The notes beneath the pieces are model-generated. The model made no database searches and was not told where the DNA came from. It saw only the letters and a program-made list of their open reading frames with translations. This document shows, piece after piece, positions 14,024-26,907 of a stretch of 64,000 nt of DNA. The translations under genes and the position numbers were made by a program. The DNA is from Octopus sinensis (Eukaryota), in NCBI RefSeq assembly GCF_006345805.1, contig NC_043000.1, positions 66,464,001 to 66,528,000 on the forward strand, in the 5' to 3' direction. How positions within the stretch are numbered: the first letter of the stretch is position 1; every line of letters begins with the position of its first letter.

Positions 14024-14664
14024 TAATGATGAGCTAGCACATATATACAAACTAAGCTATCCACCTCAGTACTAGCTGAATTTGTGGCTGCTTTATATCA
14101 AAGATGAATGCTCTATGCTATTGATTAAGGAAGGAAGCCAAGTATGACTTCTCTGAGGAGCATTCAACAAACCTTGAAACAGTCAATCAAAAGACTATCT
14201 TTTTCTTCCACAGCTGCAACATAGAAAGAATGTCTTCACATATTTCATTTAAGGCACAGTTTTGAAATATTTAAATTTATTCCAATGCCTTGTGAGCAGA
14301 ATTTGCTAGATTGAAACTGTGCAGAAGGCTATCATATATGCATATATATATATATATATGTACAATATCTATTTTATGCACAACACAGCATAAATTAAAA
14401 GAACTGGAATAAATTTAAATATTTCAAAACCGTGCCTTCAGTGAAATATGTGAACATATTCTTTCTATGTTACAGATTGTGGAAGAAAAAGTTAGTTTTG
14501 ATCAACTGTTTCAAGGTTTGTTGAATGCTCCTCAGAGAAGTCATACTTGGCTTCCTTCCTTAATCAATAGCATAGAGCATTCATCTTTGATATAAAGCAG
14601 CCACAAATTCAGCTAGTACTGAGGTGGATAGCTTAGTTTGTATATATGTGCTAGCTCATCATTA
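14024..14664. repeat. ~260-bp inverted repeat (outer 160 bp identical, inner ~100 bp diverged); left arm splits a SINE (13943-14360)
   Basis: 14024-14284 is the reverse complement of 14405-14664. Confidence 0.95.
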
Positions 14665-15842
14665 GTTAAACAATATCTATTTTATGCACAACATTCTCAG
14701 TATTTCACCTAAAGTAGAGTAAGGCTTTATAAGAAATAGGATCACATGCGGTCGTATCGTGTAGGAGACACGGTCGCACGTGGTCATATTCCTAATGAAA
14801 TATTACAGACCATATAATACATACAGCGGCAATAGAACACAAGTGGAATGACAACAAGATTTCTCTTTGAGATATATACAAATCAGGTGAATGTGATTGA
14901 CATAGAAAAGTACCTGATGGTGAAGGCGGCGAATATAGTAGGCTTCTTGTGATGTTTGTATCGACATAGCAACAGATAGCTTAAGGTAGTTCTTAGAAGA
15001 ACTAGAACTCAAGACAGATAATTGATTTACCGTTTATGAGGTACACGGAGTGTAAGAGTTCCATACTAAGATGTTGCGTCTCGTAGTTGAGATTAATTGA
15101 ATCACTTGTTGTGTTTTATCTTTCTCTTGATATGAATATACTTCCAGATATATTAACTGTAGCCGTTTTTCCCATGGTGAGATTTTCACCTAACCGCTAG
15201 AGTTGAATCCGTAGTTGTCTTGTGTACAAATTAAACCTTCATAGATAGAGACGATGTTTGGCGATGAGTTGTGTCTGTCGCTTGGTTTTTGCTGTGTCTT
15301 CATTATATATTCTACTTGGTTATTTTTCTCTTGATATAATGGTGGTCGCCTACCTTTCAAACTGGAACATGGTCGAGTATGCTCTGTGCGGTCAGAGGTT
15401 TAGTCCTGAGAAGGACTAGAACCAAAGACGAAAAGTGTCTGAGAACACTTCTTTATATAAGGTTTATGTGGCTCAAACGAACTTCAGAAATGAAAAGCTG
15501 TGATTGACTGCTTGGAACAAATGGCGCGAAAACAAGCGGAGGCAAATCGCGTCACGTGACAACCAGCGGTGTGAACGTAGTAGAGACCACTTGTGTCATA
15601 TGTCAATCAGTGGCGCGAAAATAGGTAGAGACAAATCGCGTCACGTCTCAACCAATTGGATTAGTGTTTACAACAATGTTAAACTAGCCGAAGATGTTTG
15701 TAATCTCGAACGAGATTATTCTTAATACTCTTCTCAAACAGTGAAGATAGCAATGAGGGAAACGATATTGCTACAGCTTAGTAGTATTTAAATTTATTTC
15801 GCTTCTGATTTATGTTGTGTTGTGCATTAAAATAGATGTTGT
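14362..15842. mobile_element. Putative non-autonomous DNA transposon with imperfect terminal inverted repeats; superfamily unresolved
   Basis: ACAATATCTATTTTATGCACAACA at 14362 and 14670, with an inverted ~60-bp counterpart at 15785-15842; CpG-rich interior. Confidence 0.5.
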
Positions 15843-16400
15843 TTCTTCAGTTATGCAATACTTTAGAAGTACAATATGGATTTTTTCCTTTGCAACACAA
15901 AGTCAATTTTTGTAGATAAGAAGTAAATCAACCCTGGTATATCACAAGTACTTTTTTTATACACTACAAAGGGGTGAAATGCAAGGCAAACACTGGCACA
16001 ATTTGAACACATGTGTAAAACTTTACCATTTCTGTCAAATCACTACACTGGGGAATGTAATTTGAAATACATTTTCCATTATTCAGAATTTCTGGGAAAT
16101 TAATTTACAACTGTAATAAGTATTTAGTACAGTAATAAAGTAATAATAATATGTAATATAGTGTAACTTATTAACAAAGACTTTGTTTATATATTGTGTC
16201 ATTTAGCATACAGGGAACTAATTCAAGGTAATTTTGAACAAGGTAATAATATATTGATTTCAATTTTTGGCACAAGGCCAGTAATTTGGGGGGAGGGGTA
16301 AGTCGGTTACATCAACTCCAGTGTTCAACTGGTACTTATTTTATTGACCTCGAAAGAATGAAAGGTAAAGTGACTGCAGCAGAATACTAGCTAATTTGGT

Positions 16401-16473
16401 TAGTGTGGGATGGATTTGAGCCACCAACATAAGGATAAGGGTTACTACGCTTTACCAACTGAACCACCACAAG
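16401..16473 (-). pseudogene. tRNA-like sequence (tRNA pseudogene or isolated SINE head)
   Basis: A-box TGGTTCAGTTGG, T-arm GGTGG-CTCAAAT-CCATC, partial acceptor TGTGG/CCACA; anticodon arm poorly paired. Confidence 0.5.
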
Positions 16474-16521
16474 AACACAAACAAGATAATAATATATTAA
16501 CAAGCATTAAAAGACTTTTAC

Positions 16522-16590
16522 CTCAGTAACATTTGCTAACAGCGTAATTTCTGGAAGGGCAAACAGATCCATCAATTGATGCATTAAACC
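16522..16590 (-). CDS. NT5DC3: NT5DC3-like exon 6
   Basis: ttatcag|GGT...GAG|GTAAAA; GLMHQLMDLFALPEITLLANVTE. Confidence 0.95.
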
Positions 16591-16921
16591 CTGATAAAAC
16601 AAAAGAAATTCAGGATAATCATTATAAAGTACATAAAATGTCAACAAAGATTTTAATTATATATTTTTAAAATTTGATATTCCATTTTTCTCAGGGTTTA
16701 CTTACATATTAGTGAAATGAAAACAAGGAAACAAAAGAAAAAATTAATGATTGGTATAGGCTGGATGATAATTCATAAATGAAGTGATCTCTGAATGTTG
16801 AGCTCAAAAAGATATTATGAAGGAGTGTAGTAAGTAATGAATAGACTTGACCAGCAAAGAAAAGTAGAGGTAAAAAGAAATAATAATACTAATACTAATA
16901 ATATTAGTAGTAGTAGTAGTA

Positions 16922-17110
16922 GGTCATGTGCTGTTTATCTTGATATGAGATCACCATATCGCGCACATATGGTTGTGATGCATGTGCCTGGTGAACCCTT
17001 ATCAGACTGGTAGTCATGATGGATATACTGGGCTTCATATATTTTACCCCAGTGTCACTTTGACGGCATGCACTGCTCTCTCACTCAATAATAATAATAA
17101 TAATAATAGT
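16922..17110 (+). mobile_element. LINE/SINE 3'-end fragment with (AAT)n tail in an (AGT)n/(AAT)n tract
   Basis: ...gcactgctctctcactc(aat)n, flanked by trinucleotide repeats. Confidence 0.5.
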
Positions 17111-17119
17111 AGTATTAGT

Positions 17120-20100
17120 AGCATACACAAGAACAGTCTCTACAACTGTCACAGGGATCAATACTAATAATTTTAATGTAGCACAAATATGTCTTATGAA
17201 ACAAAGAGGAAAACTATTGCTTGTCCTATGGTTAATCTGGAAGAGTGTCCCCCAGGAGAGAGCCAGCCTGAGGTTGAAAAGTCATCCACTGGCACAAACT
17301 CTTCTCAGAATACGAACCTGGATGGTCACTTGAATGGGAACTGCCCCAACTTGAGCCCTCCAAGTTCATCACCATACCCACCACGGAAAGAAAAATGAAG
17401 AGGATCAAATGGACCCAAGAAGAGTATACAGAAGTAATATACACTGATTAATATGCATTAGGCAGGCCATCTCACCAAGAAAAGAACTGCTTTTAGCAAA
17501 AGAAACACTCCATGCAAAGAATACAAGGATTTGAGTAGAGAAACAAGTTTTACAAGCAAAATAAGCTGTTCACATCCAATGTGAAAACATTCTACAGAGA
17601 ACTAGGGAAGGAGAAAACAACCACTGAAGACCCCACTCCCATGGAAGAAGTTGAAAACTTTTGGAAAAATATCTGGAGTGATGAAAACATACAATGAAAA
17701 TGCAGGCTGGATTAGATACACAGAAGGGTCCTACCAAAATTTACCAAAACAAGCATAGGAAGACATCACAATAGCAGACCTAAGGATGACACACATGAAG
17801 GCTCATAAGTGGAAATCCTCTGGTAATGATAGGGTGCCAAATTTTTGGCTTGCATTGCTCCTGTGCACACATGAGAAGTTAATCCATTTAGTCAATGAAA
17901 TTATGAGAGATCCTACAAAAACACCAGATTGGTTAGCAAGAGGTATTACTTAAGTATTCCTGAAGAATAATGAAACCAATTTTCCCCAAAACTATTGGCC
18001 TGTAACATGTCTATTTACCACGTATAAAACTTCAACATCCATCCTCATGGAGAAAATATACAAATTTATGGAACAGAACAACATTTTCCCAGTGAACAAA
18101 AAGGGTGCTGATGAAGTTCTTATGGATGCAAAGACCAACTCTTAATCAATTGCATGATTCTTCAGAACTATCATAGCAAATGCAGAAATCTCAGTTCCGC
18201 ATAGATTGATTATAAAAAGGCCTTTGACAGCACACAGCATTCATGGATCTTGAAATTGCAGGATATCTTCAAAATTTCTCCTGTGATTTCAAACTTCCTG
18301 AAGCACATGTCAATGTGGAATACAAATCTCCAGTTATACATCTCTAATGGAGTACTGACCACAAAAAATATTAATATCAATTGCAGCATTTTCTAAGGTA
18401 ACTCACTTTCACCTTCAATTTTTTGCTTAGCCCTGATACCCCTTACAAGTGACCTTAACAGAATAGGGTATGGATATAAAATTGGCAACAAAAAAATAAG
18501 TCATCTATTTTATATGGATGACTTAAAACTTTATGGCAAAGATGATAACGAGCTTGAAGGACTACTATGTACTGTGAAAGTATTCAGTGATGACATCGGA
18601 ATGGAATTTGGTCTTGATAAATGTGCCAAGGCCACTTTCCAGAAAGGGAAATTGAAGACCTCACATTCAGTGGTGTTGGATGTTGACACAGTCATAAAAG
18701 AATTCGAGCAGGAACAAACTAACAAATACCTCAGAATAAATGAGAACTCTGGCATTCAACATGCAAGTATGAAAGAGATCAGGCAAGAATGTTACAGGAG
18801 AGTTCAAGCAGTCCTAAAATCCGAGTTAAATGCATATAACAAGGTATTGGCTATAAATTCCTTAGCAGTTCCGGTTAATATTTACAGTTTCAATGTGTTG
18901 AACTGGAATATGAGTGAAATAAGGAAGATTGACAAAAAGATCCGTAAGCTGTTGACTTGCAATAAGATGCACCACCCAGACATAGATTATTTTTACCTAC
19001 CTAGAGCTTAAGGAAGCTGAGGCTTGATCCGATTTGAAATCTCTTACAAAACCACACAATTGGCCTGGCAAAATATCTTGAAACATCTAACGACTGGACG
19101 CTAAGACTCATTGAAAACCATGAAAGATGTAAAAAACTTCATTCTGTTACGAAGGAGAGCAAAAACTTTTCAAGTGAGTTTATGCATAATACTCAGGTTG
19201 AACAGCATGATGGAAGTGCAACTGTAGTCGCAAAGAAAGTGAAATCAATAACAAAACAAAATATGTTTGAACAATTGACTGATAGGTGGGAACAAAAACC
19301 TCTGCATGGCAAATATGTGACCTGTAGCAAATAAGGTGATATAGAACAGAAGCACACCCATCAGTGGCTATGGAGCTCAAGGCTAAAGGCAGAGAGTGAA
19401 GGCTTTATCTTGGCTACTCAAGAACAGAGCTTACTGACCCAGAACTATCGAGCCAATGTGATGAAAAATGTTGTAAATTCAAAGTGCCAATACTGCAATG
19501 ATGAGATTGAAACAATGGACCACCTAATCTCTGAGTGCAAGATTTTAGCACTAGTAGAATATAAATCAAGACATGACAGAGTTGGCCAATATCTACATTG
19601 GATAATGTGTCAGCATTACAAAATCAAAACTGCTGACAAATGGTACAAGCATCACCATGAGGCTGTAACTGAAGTAGAAAATGTAATGATTCTTTGGGGC
19701 TTTCCAGTATGTACAGACTGTACCATCAAAGCAAATAAACCAGATATGGTTGTGAAAGACCAAAATAATATAGTAAATATCTATTGATTGACAGGAGCAT
19801 ACCCTGTGACCATAATATATTGGCAATTTAATAAGCTCAGAAAATATAAAGATTTGGTAATTGAAATGGAAAAGATGTGGCATCTCAAAATAGTTACAAT
19901 ACCAGTGATTGTAGGAGCACTTGAAATGATCAAAAAAGGAACTGAAAATTATTTAAAATGAACCCTGGCTTACCATCCATGCAGGAAGTGCAAAAGATTG
20001 TCTTAACTGATACTTCACATGTACTGAGAAGAGCATTGTCGCTGTGAATTTCCTTTTCTTTTTCCCCCTTTATTTTCTTTGTTTACTGTTTTATTTTTTA

Positions 20101-20245
20101 TTTTCTCTCTGTCATTCTTTCCCTTTTTCTCTATCACATGACTTTGTAAATGAACAATTGGTGTGTTTATTTTAATGGTCTACCAATGTATAGTGCATTT
20201 CTCTGCCCTAGGTGTCATGAAGACACTCAGCAAAAAATGGAAACA

Positions 20246-20246
<1 letters not shown>
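17120..20246 (+). mobile_element. Decayed R4/Dong-like RLE non-LTR retrotransposon
   Basis: RT YMDDLKLYG...FSDDIGMEFGLDKCAK; CCHC CQYCNDEIETMDHLISEC; RHD; NKPDMVV restriction-like endonuclease; flanked by (AAT/AGT)n. Confidence 0.92.
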
Positions 20247-20278
<32 letters not shown>

Positions 20279-20321
20279 CAGCAGCAGCAGTAGTAGTAGT
20301 AGTAGTGGTAGTAGTAGTAGT
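20247..20321. repeat. (AGT)n/(AGC)n microsatellite
   Basis: Direct reading. Confidence 0.95.
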
Positions 20322-20599
20322 TCTAAATTGTATATCTTAAGAGAACTAGCCTAAAATAGATAAGGGCTAGCTGAATACTAAAATGACACCAGGTCTAATA
20401 CTGGGTATGTCAAGTTAATGGGTCACTGTTAAGCATTTAATTAGCTATAGTCTGCCTGATCAGAATTAAATAAGACTATTCTTCAACAAATGTAAAAAAC
20501 ACATCAACCTATTTATTTTATATCACAGTTTGTAAACAATAATGTTGTTGGTTACAGGCTTCCAAGGGACTAATTGCTGATTCACTACATTTCTGGTGA

Positions 20600-20955
20600 C
20601 TAGAATGACAAGGAGTACTTGTAACTTGGTGTATCCCAGGGTACTTCATTCCAAATGCATCAGCTTTCTATTGTTTCTTGCTAGAGTTTATATCGTTCAT
20701 CAATGTAGATTGGTGAAAGATACACAAACATAGAGACACATGTACAAGCACAGGCATGCATACACATGTGCATGCATACACACACACACACACAAACACA
20801 CATGTAACAGGTTTCTGTACAGTTGATTCTGCCTACCAAATTCCACTCACAGATAGTGATCGACTCAAAACCATGGAGGAAGACACTTGCCAAAGGTGTG
20901 GCACAGTGGTAAAGAACAAAAAAACCATGTGATTGTGAAGTGAACTGTTTTACCA
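20600..20955 (-). mobile_element. Diverged octopus-type SINE
   Basis: tatggctgtgtggtaaaacag...ggcaagtgtcttc on minus, with (TG)n. Confidence 0.65.
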
Positions 20956-21136
20956 CACAGCCATACTTGCACCCTGCATATTCGACTTGATGGGTAATGA
21001 AACTGAGTTTTTTTAAAGTCTGTATCATAAATCAAATCAAAGAGGTTTCTTATGTAAAATAATTTATTCAGTGTCTTATAGGACTCTAAGCAATAAGAAA
21101 GTCATTGAAATTAAGGTTTTTATCTGAATGACTTAC

Positions 21137-21227
21137 AGTTCCATAGAAAGTATTCATACTCTCCAGCGGTACATGTGTGCCATCATATAGCTCCTTCACT
21201 TCCTCATCAACAACTGGCCTCAGACCT
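21137..21227 (-). CDS. NT5DC3: NT5DC3-like exon 5
   Basis: tttacag|A...ACT|GTAAGT; GLRPVVDEEVKELYDGTHVPLESMNTFYGT. Confidence 0.96.
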
Positions 21228-22386
21228 CTGTAAAATAGAATATGAACATAAAAGAACATGTATTTAGGGTAGGACTAACATAAACAATATCACCAATAAC
21301 AACAGCTGTAATTAAATGTCCTTGAAGGACCTTCTACAGGGCTGCTCAAGCTGCTAAAAATAAAGGCAAGATTTTCCTCAAATTACACCTTCTTGTTTCA
21401 AAAATGGCAAAAGGATAATGTAGTCCTGGATATACTGTCTTTAAAAAAATGTGATGTCATGGCTGGACGATATTAGACCATACATTTGCCTGACAAAGGT
21501 TAAGAAGAGGCTAAACAACAACAGTAATCTCATTAAAATTTAAAACCTTGTTGTATATGCTTATCCTAGAGATAATTCTTTTGTTAATATCAAATAAAAA
21601 ACTCAATTCCTTTTCACATTGTATCAATATAGAAGTAGAATAATTTTATAAGAAATGCTGACACCAGAAGACAGAACAAAGGTCTGATGCAATAAAAATA
21701 AATGACACTTACAATTTTTTTAACTCAAGATTGGTTATGTGTAAGGTCTTCAAACTTATTTTGACATAGCATCCACTATAGAATTTTCCAAAAATTGCAG
21801 AACTCATATCTATATTTTATAGACAACCCTTATCACCTTAATTTTAACAGATAATAATTAAACTAAATAAAAAATATTTTAAACAGAGAAATTTACTCAT
21901 CAAAAAAAAAAAAAAATTATAATTTATTACTTTATTAAATTTGATTAAAAGACATTTTATCTTGCAGATTGAATCTTCTTTGAGAAACACTGGTCTAGAG
22001 GAAGATAGGAAGGTGATGTGCCCATAGTTTTCACAGGCCCTCCAAAAGAGGTGAGGAAGTTGATGCATGTCTTGATAAACTGCATGTTGATGACTGGAGT
22101 GAGTGGGGAAGAAAGAGAGAGAGAGATTGGAGCTCTTCTCTAAGATTATAGCTTGTATATAAATGATGCTGTAAATAACAATATTACCATTTTAGTTGTG
22201 GATTCAAGTCAGCTGAAATCTACTGCGAACTTTGGAATATTGCACTTTGACTAGATCAGTGTTTCATAACCATTTCTCCTTGTTACCACTCTACCATCCT
22301 AATTTCCTCCACATACAAGGGAAGAGTGATTCTGAATACAGTACAATTCATTGCATAACATTAGCATACTTAAAAATCAACATTAA

Positions 22387-24089
22387 TTAAAATCCTGTAC
22401 TCACTAGGATATTTATCACAAACTGTAGCTACCATCAGTGATGGTACAAAGAAAGATAGGTGAGGACAGATTGAGGAGATGCTGAAATGAAAGTAAGAAG
22501 TTACGTGCTGTATGTAGAAGTAAGCTGGAAAGGAGCCTCAGCCATATTCTTCACAGATAAAAAACGAAGTTACAAGTTCTTCATGGAGGGTAACAATGAT
22601 GGTGGTAGGCAAAAATCAAGCAAAAAGAGTGAAAAAAATGACAAAAAAATATTTTGGTTTAAAAACAATCTCCCCTACATGAATCCTCAAATTTCCCTCT
22701 GGAATCCTGAATCCTACTTCAAGGAGAAATTTCCCTAAGGTTAAGAATTGTAGGATGAGGTGTCATGAGCATTTGCTTTTCCTTTTTCTTATGGGATCTG
22801 AGGGAAGGGAAAATGTTCATGAGCTTCAAAGGCCCTCTTAGAACAGTGATATTAATCATTGATAGTCTCAAACTTTTGCATGTCAACACCTGTGGGAAAG
22901 GTATGGAGCAAGGAGGGAATTCCAGGGAGTTTGAATATCTGGAAATTAGTGTAGGGCCTGGAGGACTAGATATAACAAAAGTTGATGAAAGGTGGAGGAA
23001 AGATGAGTCCAGTCATTTCCAAGGAGTAGAGGCCAATACAGCACTGGAAGAAAAGGTAGAGAGGAGAGAGTGAACTATGAGCTAAGAATTTGAATGTGTC
23101 TTTGAGTGATTTTATGCAGGTGACAAATACAAAGCTTCTTAGGACATTAACAACCTAACATTGTTAATTAATATGAGAAAATAGTAAGTTTGGGGAGATT
23201 CTGTATGTTCACTCAACCTTCTAGTCCAGCAGCCACAGATCTAGTTAGTTGATACACAGGAACTCCCAATCGTCTTCCATTAAAGTTTCTGTCTCCAGTT
23301 CTTTCTTGTTGTATGTGATAATAAATACACCTCTAAACCTACTGCTTTTTCTACTTCCATGTCTTCCTTCTACCATTTGTCTTTGGTCTCTGAGTTTGTC
23401 TACCTCTTACTCTGAAGTCACTAATCATTAATCTATGTTAGGTAATACACTCTTCATTAGGGAAACATCTAATATTCACAACCATCTATCCATTCCTTTT
23501 CCAGGTGAGTAAGAAGACTATCTGGCTTCTGTACTTACTTGACTGGTAAGTATCAGGCAGCTGCCAGCTTCCTGAAGTTAGTGTTGCATATGGTTAGACC
23601 ATCTATATCACAGAACACTGGGAGTTTTGATCCCTCTTCATTCCATATCCTTCATGTATGCCAAGAAGCTTTTATGATGGTCAACATTTCTCTTAAATTT
23701 GTCAGCAGCAATACTGAGGTTGCTGTCATTTGTTTTGGAAGCAATCAGCAGAACGGTCTCATACAAGTGGTCCTTCTGTTCATGAGTCTTACCTCATTTT
23801 TGTACTGAGCAGACTAGTCTAAGCTTTATAATTGTAACATACAGTCTAATAATTTCAATTGCCATAGGTATTTATTTTCTAAAAACAATGTCTATTTTGC
23901 CTACCCCATCATTGTTACCCACCAAGAAGAATTTGTACCTTTGTTTCTTGCCTGCAAAGAATTTGGATGAAGCTCCTTTCTATCTAACTTCTTGCACATA
24001 GCATATATCTTCTCATCTACCTTTCTTTGAACCATCACTGATGGAAGCCACAGTTTGTGACAAATACCCTAGTGAGAACAGGATTTTAA
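22387..24089. repeat. Old ~200-bp inverted duplication (22387-22614 / 23895-24089) containing an RTE endonuclease fragment, flanking decayed LINE pieces
   Basis: Both arms start ttaaaatcctgt.ctcactagg and end ggtaggcaaaa; EVSWKGASA..YKFF fragment. Confidence 0.75.
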
Positions 24090-24761
24090 GTGTTTCACCC
24101 AGGGCCATTGTTTTCTAGCTGGGTTACTTACAGAGATTAATATAGTGGATATTAATATCTATGAGTTACAGTTTTCTCTTCATCTACCCCACTGAAAATA
24201 CTGTAATACAGGTGAAGAGCACTACTTAAAACACCTAGAGAAAGTCACTTACTACCACTGTTACTACTACAATTGGTAGACTGCTACCACCATCACTATG
24301 CTAGTAAGAAACCCATCAGAAATTTAAAAGGTTCATTGCACAGCCTGAAAGCTTTGCTGCATCCCAAATTGCAGCTGGTTGTTCACTTGTCAAGAGAGGA
24401 TACAGTAACTTTGCAGAATTCTCCTACTTACTCATTATTCTTTATCCAAGATGGCTCTGTTAGAACTCCTACTGAGCAAGATTCCACCTTTATTTCTAAA
24501 CTAAAGGTTATAACACTCTTGTCTACTATGTTACTGAAACATGTTTAGAAATAAAGTTGTCAAGATATAATCCAGAAATAAGACATCTGATGGTAATCAG
24601 AGATTAAACTGATAGAAACATAATGTGTGTGTAAATATATAAAGAGAAAGAGTTGTTTCATCTTTTAGGCTCCAAAAATTGCGATCTTATTAAAAATGAC
24701 TCTTCTCAAATATTTTGACATTTAACCAGTAAAGTATTAGCAACTTGAAAACATAACATAC

Positions 24762-24817
24762 CTGTAGACAGTTCCCAACATAATATGATGGAAAGAATCA
24801 ATTTTCATTAAGAGACC
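24762..24817 (-). CDS. NT5DC3: NT5DC3-like exon 4
   Basis: ttttcag|GGT...AG|GTATGT; GLLMKIDSFHHIMLGTVY(R). Confidence 0.96.
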
Positions 24818-24885
24818 CTGAAAATTAAAATGTAGAAATATTATAATCATTCATCTTGATACTATTCTTATCCTTATACAATCTT

Positions 24886-25108
24886 CATCTTTTACTTGTT
24901 TGTTATTAGACTGTGGCCATGCTGGGGCACTGCTTTGAAGAACTTTTAGTCAAATGAATTGACTCCAGAACTTCATTTTTTTTTAATGAACCAACTACAG
25001 TACTTATTCTATCGGTTTCTTTTGTTGAACAGCTAAGTTATGAAGACATAAACACACCAATACCAGTTGTCAAGTTGTGGTGGGAGACAAACACAGACAC
25101 AAAGACAC

Positions 25109-25149
<41 letters not shown>

Positions 25150-25290
25150 GGGCTTCTTTCAGTAACTGTCCACCAAATCCACTCGTAAAATTTTGTTCAA
25201 CTTGAGGCTATAGTAGAAGATACTTGTTCAAGGTGTCATGCAGTGGGACTGAACTTAGAGCCATGTGGTTGGAAATCAAGCTTTTTACCA
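24886..25290 (-). mobile_element. Octopus-type tRNA SINE with (CA)n
   Basis: Same family as 11236-11620, reverse orientation. Confidence 0.85.
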
Positions 25291-25712
25291 TACAGCTATG
25301 TTTGCACCCTTTTTTTTTTATCGTTGTGTCTTTTTTTATATCTTTTTTTTTATGAATCTGTTATCACTTCTAATCAATGTTTTTAGTTATATACCTTACC
25401 TAATGCAATCCGTTGCTATGTATTATTGAAAAATGAGTGAAATGGATAAGAAAATATCATTGGATGGTGGCAAGTATAGTAGATATAAAATCAAAGGTCA
25501 CTGAAGAAAGCTAAAATTAAGAGCCAATCAGCTAAAATTCTATTATAACTTTTGGTACTAAAATTAGTAAATAAAATAACTGATATAATCACTATGTTAT
25601 ATAAAGTAATGTGTCACCTGAAAAACTCAATATTAGGCAAGACTAATAATATATGATATTCTACTACTAAAATCTAGATACTATAAACATTAAATAGAAA
25701 AATAGCACTTAC

Positions 25713-25787
25713 TTTTCGGACATCATAGTGAAGTCCACGAACAGCAAAGTTAGGATCATATTTCATTTCACGCAGGCCCTCAGGATA
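25713..25787 (-). CDS. NT5DC3: NT5DC3-like exon 3
   Basis: ttttacag|TAT...AAA|GTAAGT; YPEGLREMKYDPNFAVRGLHYDVRK. Confidence 0.97.
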
Positions 25788-26427
25788 CTGTAAAACATGA
25801 AACATAATTTTTCCCATTAGTGTGATAAATTGAATAAGCAGGATATGTATGCATTTTATTCTCGGTAAGTAAATAATATTGTACTTAGACATGGATAATG
25901 CAAATGTTAGGTAATGGATTTTATGAATTTTACTGAACTGATCATATAACTGAACAGAAATAATTGGTGCTAACAAAAAGGAAATTATTGATGAATAATA
26001 AAGAATTTCAATAGCAACTTTCAGTGTCCATAAAATAAAATATCAGGCATGAAAATATAGCAAAATGATCATCTGTGAAAGAATTCACAAATAATTTATA
26101 ATATACATCATCATCCTCAAAATACAATTCAAATATCTATTAAGTACTTTTCTAATATGAAGCAACATTCTTGTTTTCACACTAATTGACTATTTAGTTT
26201 TGTTAGGAAATTGATAGGGAGATTAGGAATATTAGTTCTCTTCAAGTTATTTCATTTGATAAACCAAATGTTTAGTAATGACGGAAGAATTCATACAATG
26301 CATGTGAGTTAATGTTAAGAAATAAAAAGAAAAAGAAAAGAAATATTCTACAGAGCCAAAGGAAATTATAAATACATCTCATGAAACTCTTATCTGTCTC
26401 TCATATTCACCTTCTACCTTGACTTCA

Positions 26428-26429
<2 letters not shown>

Positions 26430-26511
<82 letters not shown>
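26430..26511. repeat. (CT)n microsatellite
   Basis: Direct reading. Confidence 0.95.
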
Positions 26512-26513
<2 letters not shown>

Positions 26514-26599
26514 AGGTGGGCAAATCCTGTACACACCTCTTCAGCAAGACATCTGCTCCTGTCCCTGTTTCTTATCCCATAATTCTATTCCCAGCTCAA

Positions 26600-26845
26600 T
26601 TGAAGAGCTTTGTCTTGTAGGTACATGGTGACCTCACCAGGGCTGGCACCACATGAAAAAGCACCCTGTACACTCTGTGAAGTGACTGGTATGAAGAAGG
26701 ACGTCCAGCTGTAGAAACAATGCCAAGGCAGACATAAGAACTTAACACAACCCTCTGGCTCATTTGTTCAAGTCAAACCATCCAACCTAACCCAGAATGG
26801 AAAAAGGGACATCCAATGATGAATGATGATGATGATGATGATGAT
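26600..26845 (+). mobile_element. RTE 3'-end fragment with (GAT)n tail
   Basis: aaaaagcaccc...catccaacc...tggaaaa..(gat)n. Confidence 0.7.
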
Positions 26846-26907
26846 ACAGGCAGGTGCGAATAACATGAATCACTGTTGATTAGTGAAATATATAAAGCAT
26901 ATATTAC

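Noticed and set aside
14153-14184. CTGAGGA...GAAAC hammerhead-like core
   Set aside because: No pairing for helix II or helix I and no valid cleavage triplet
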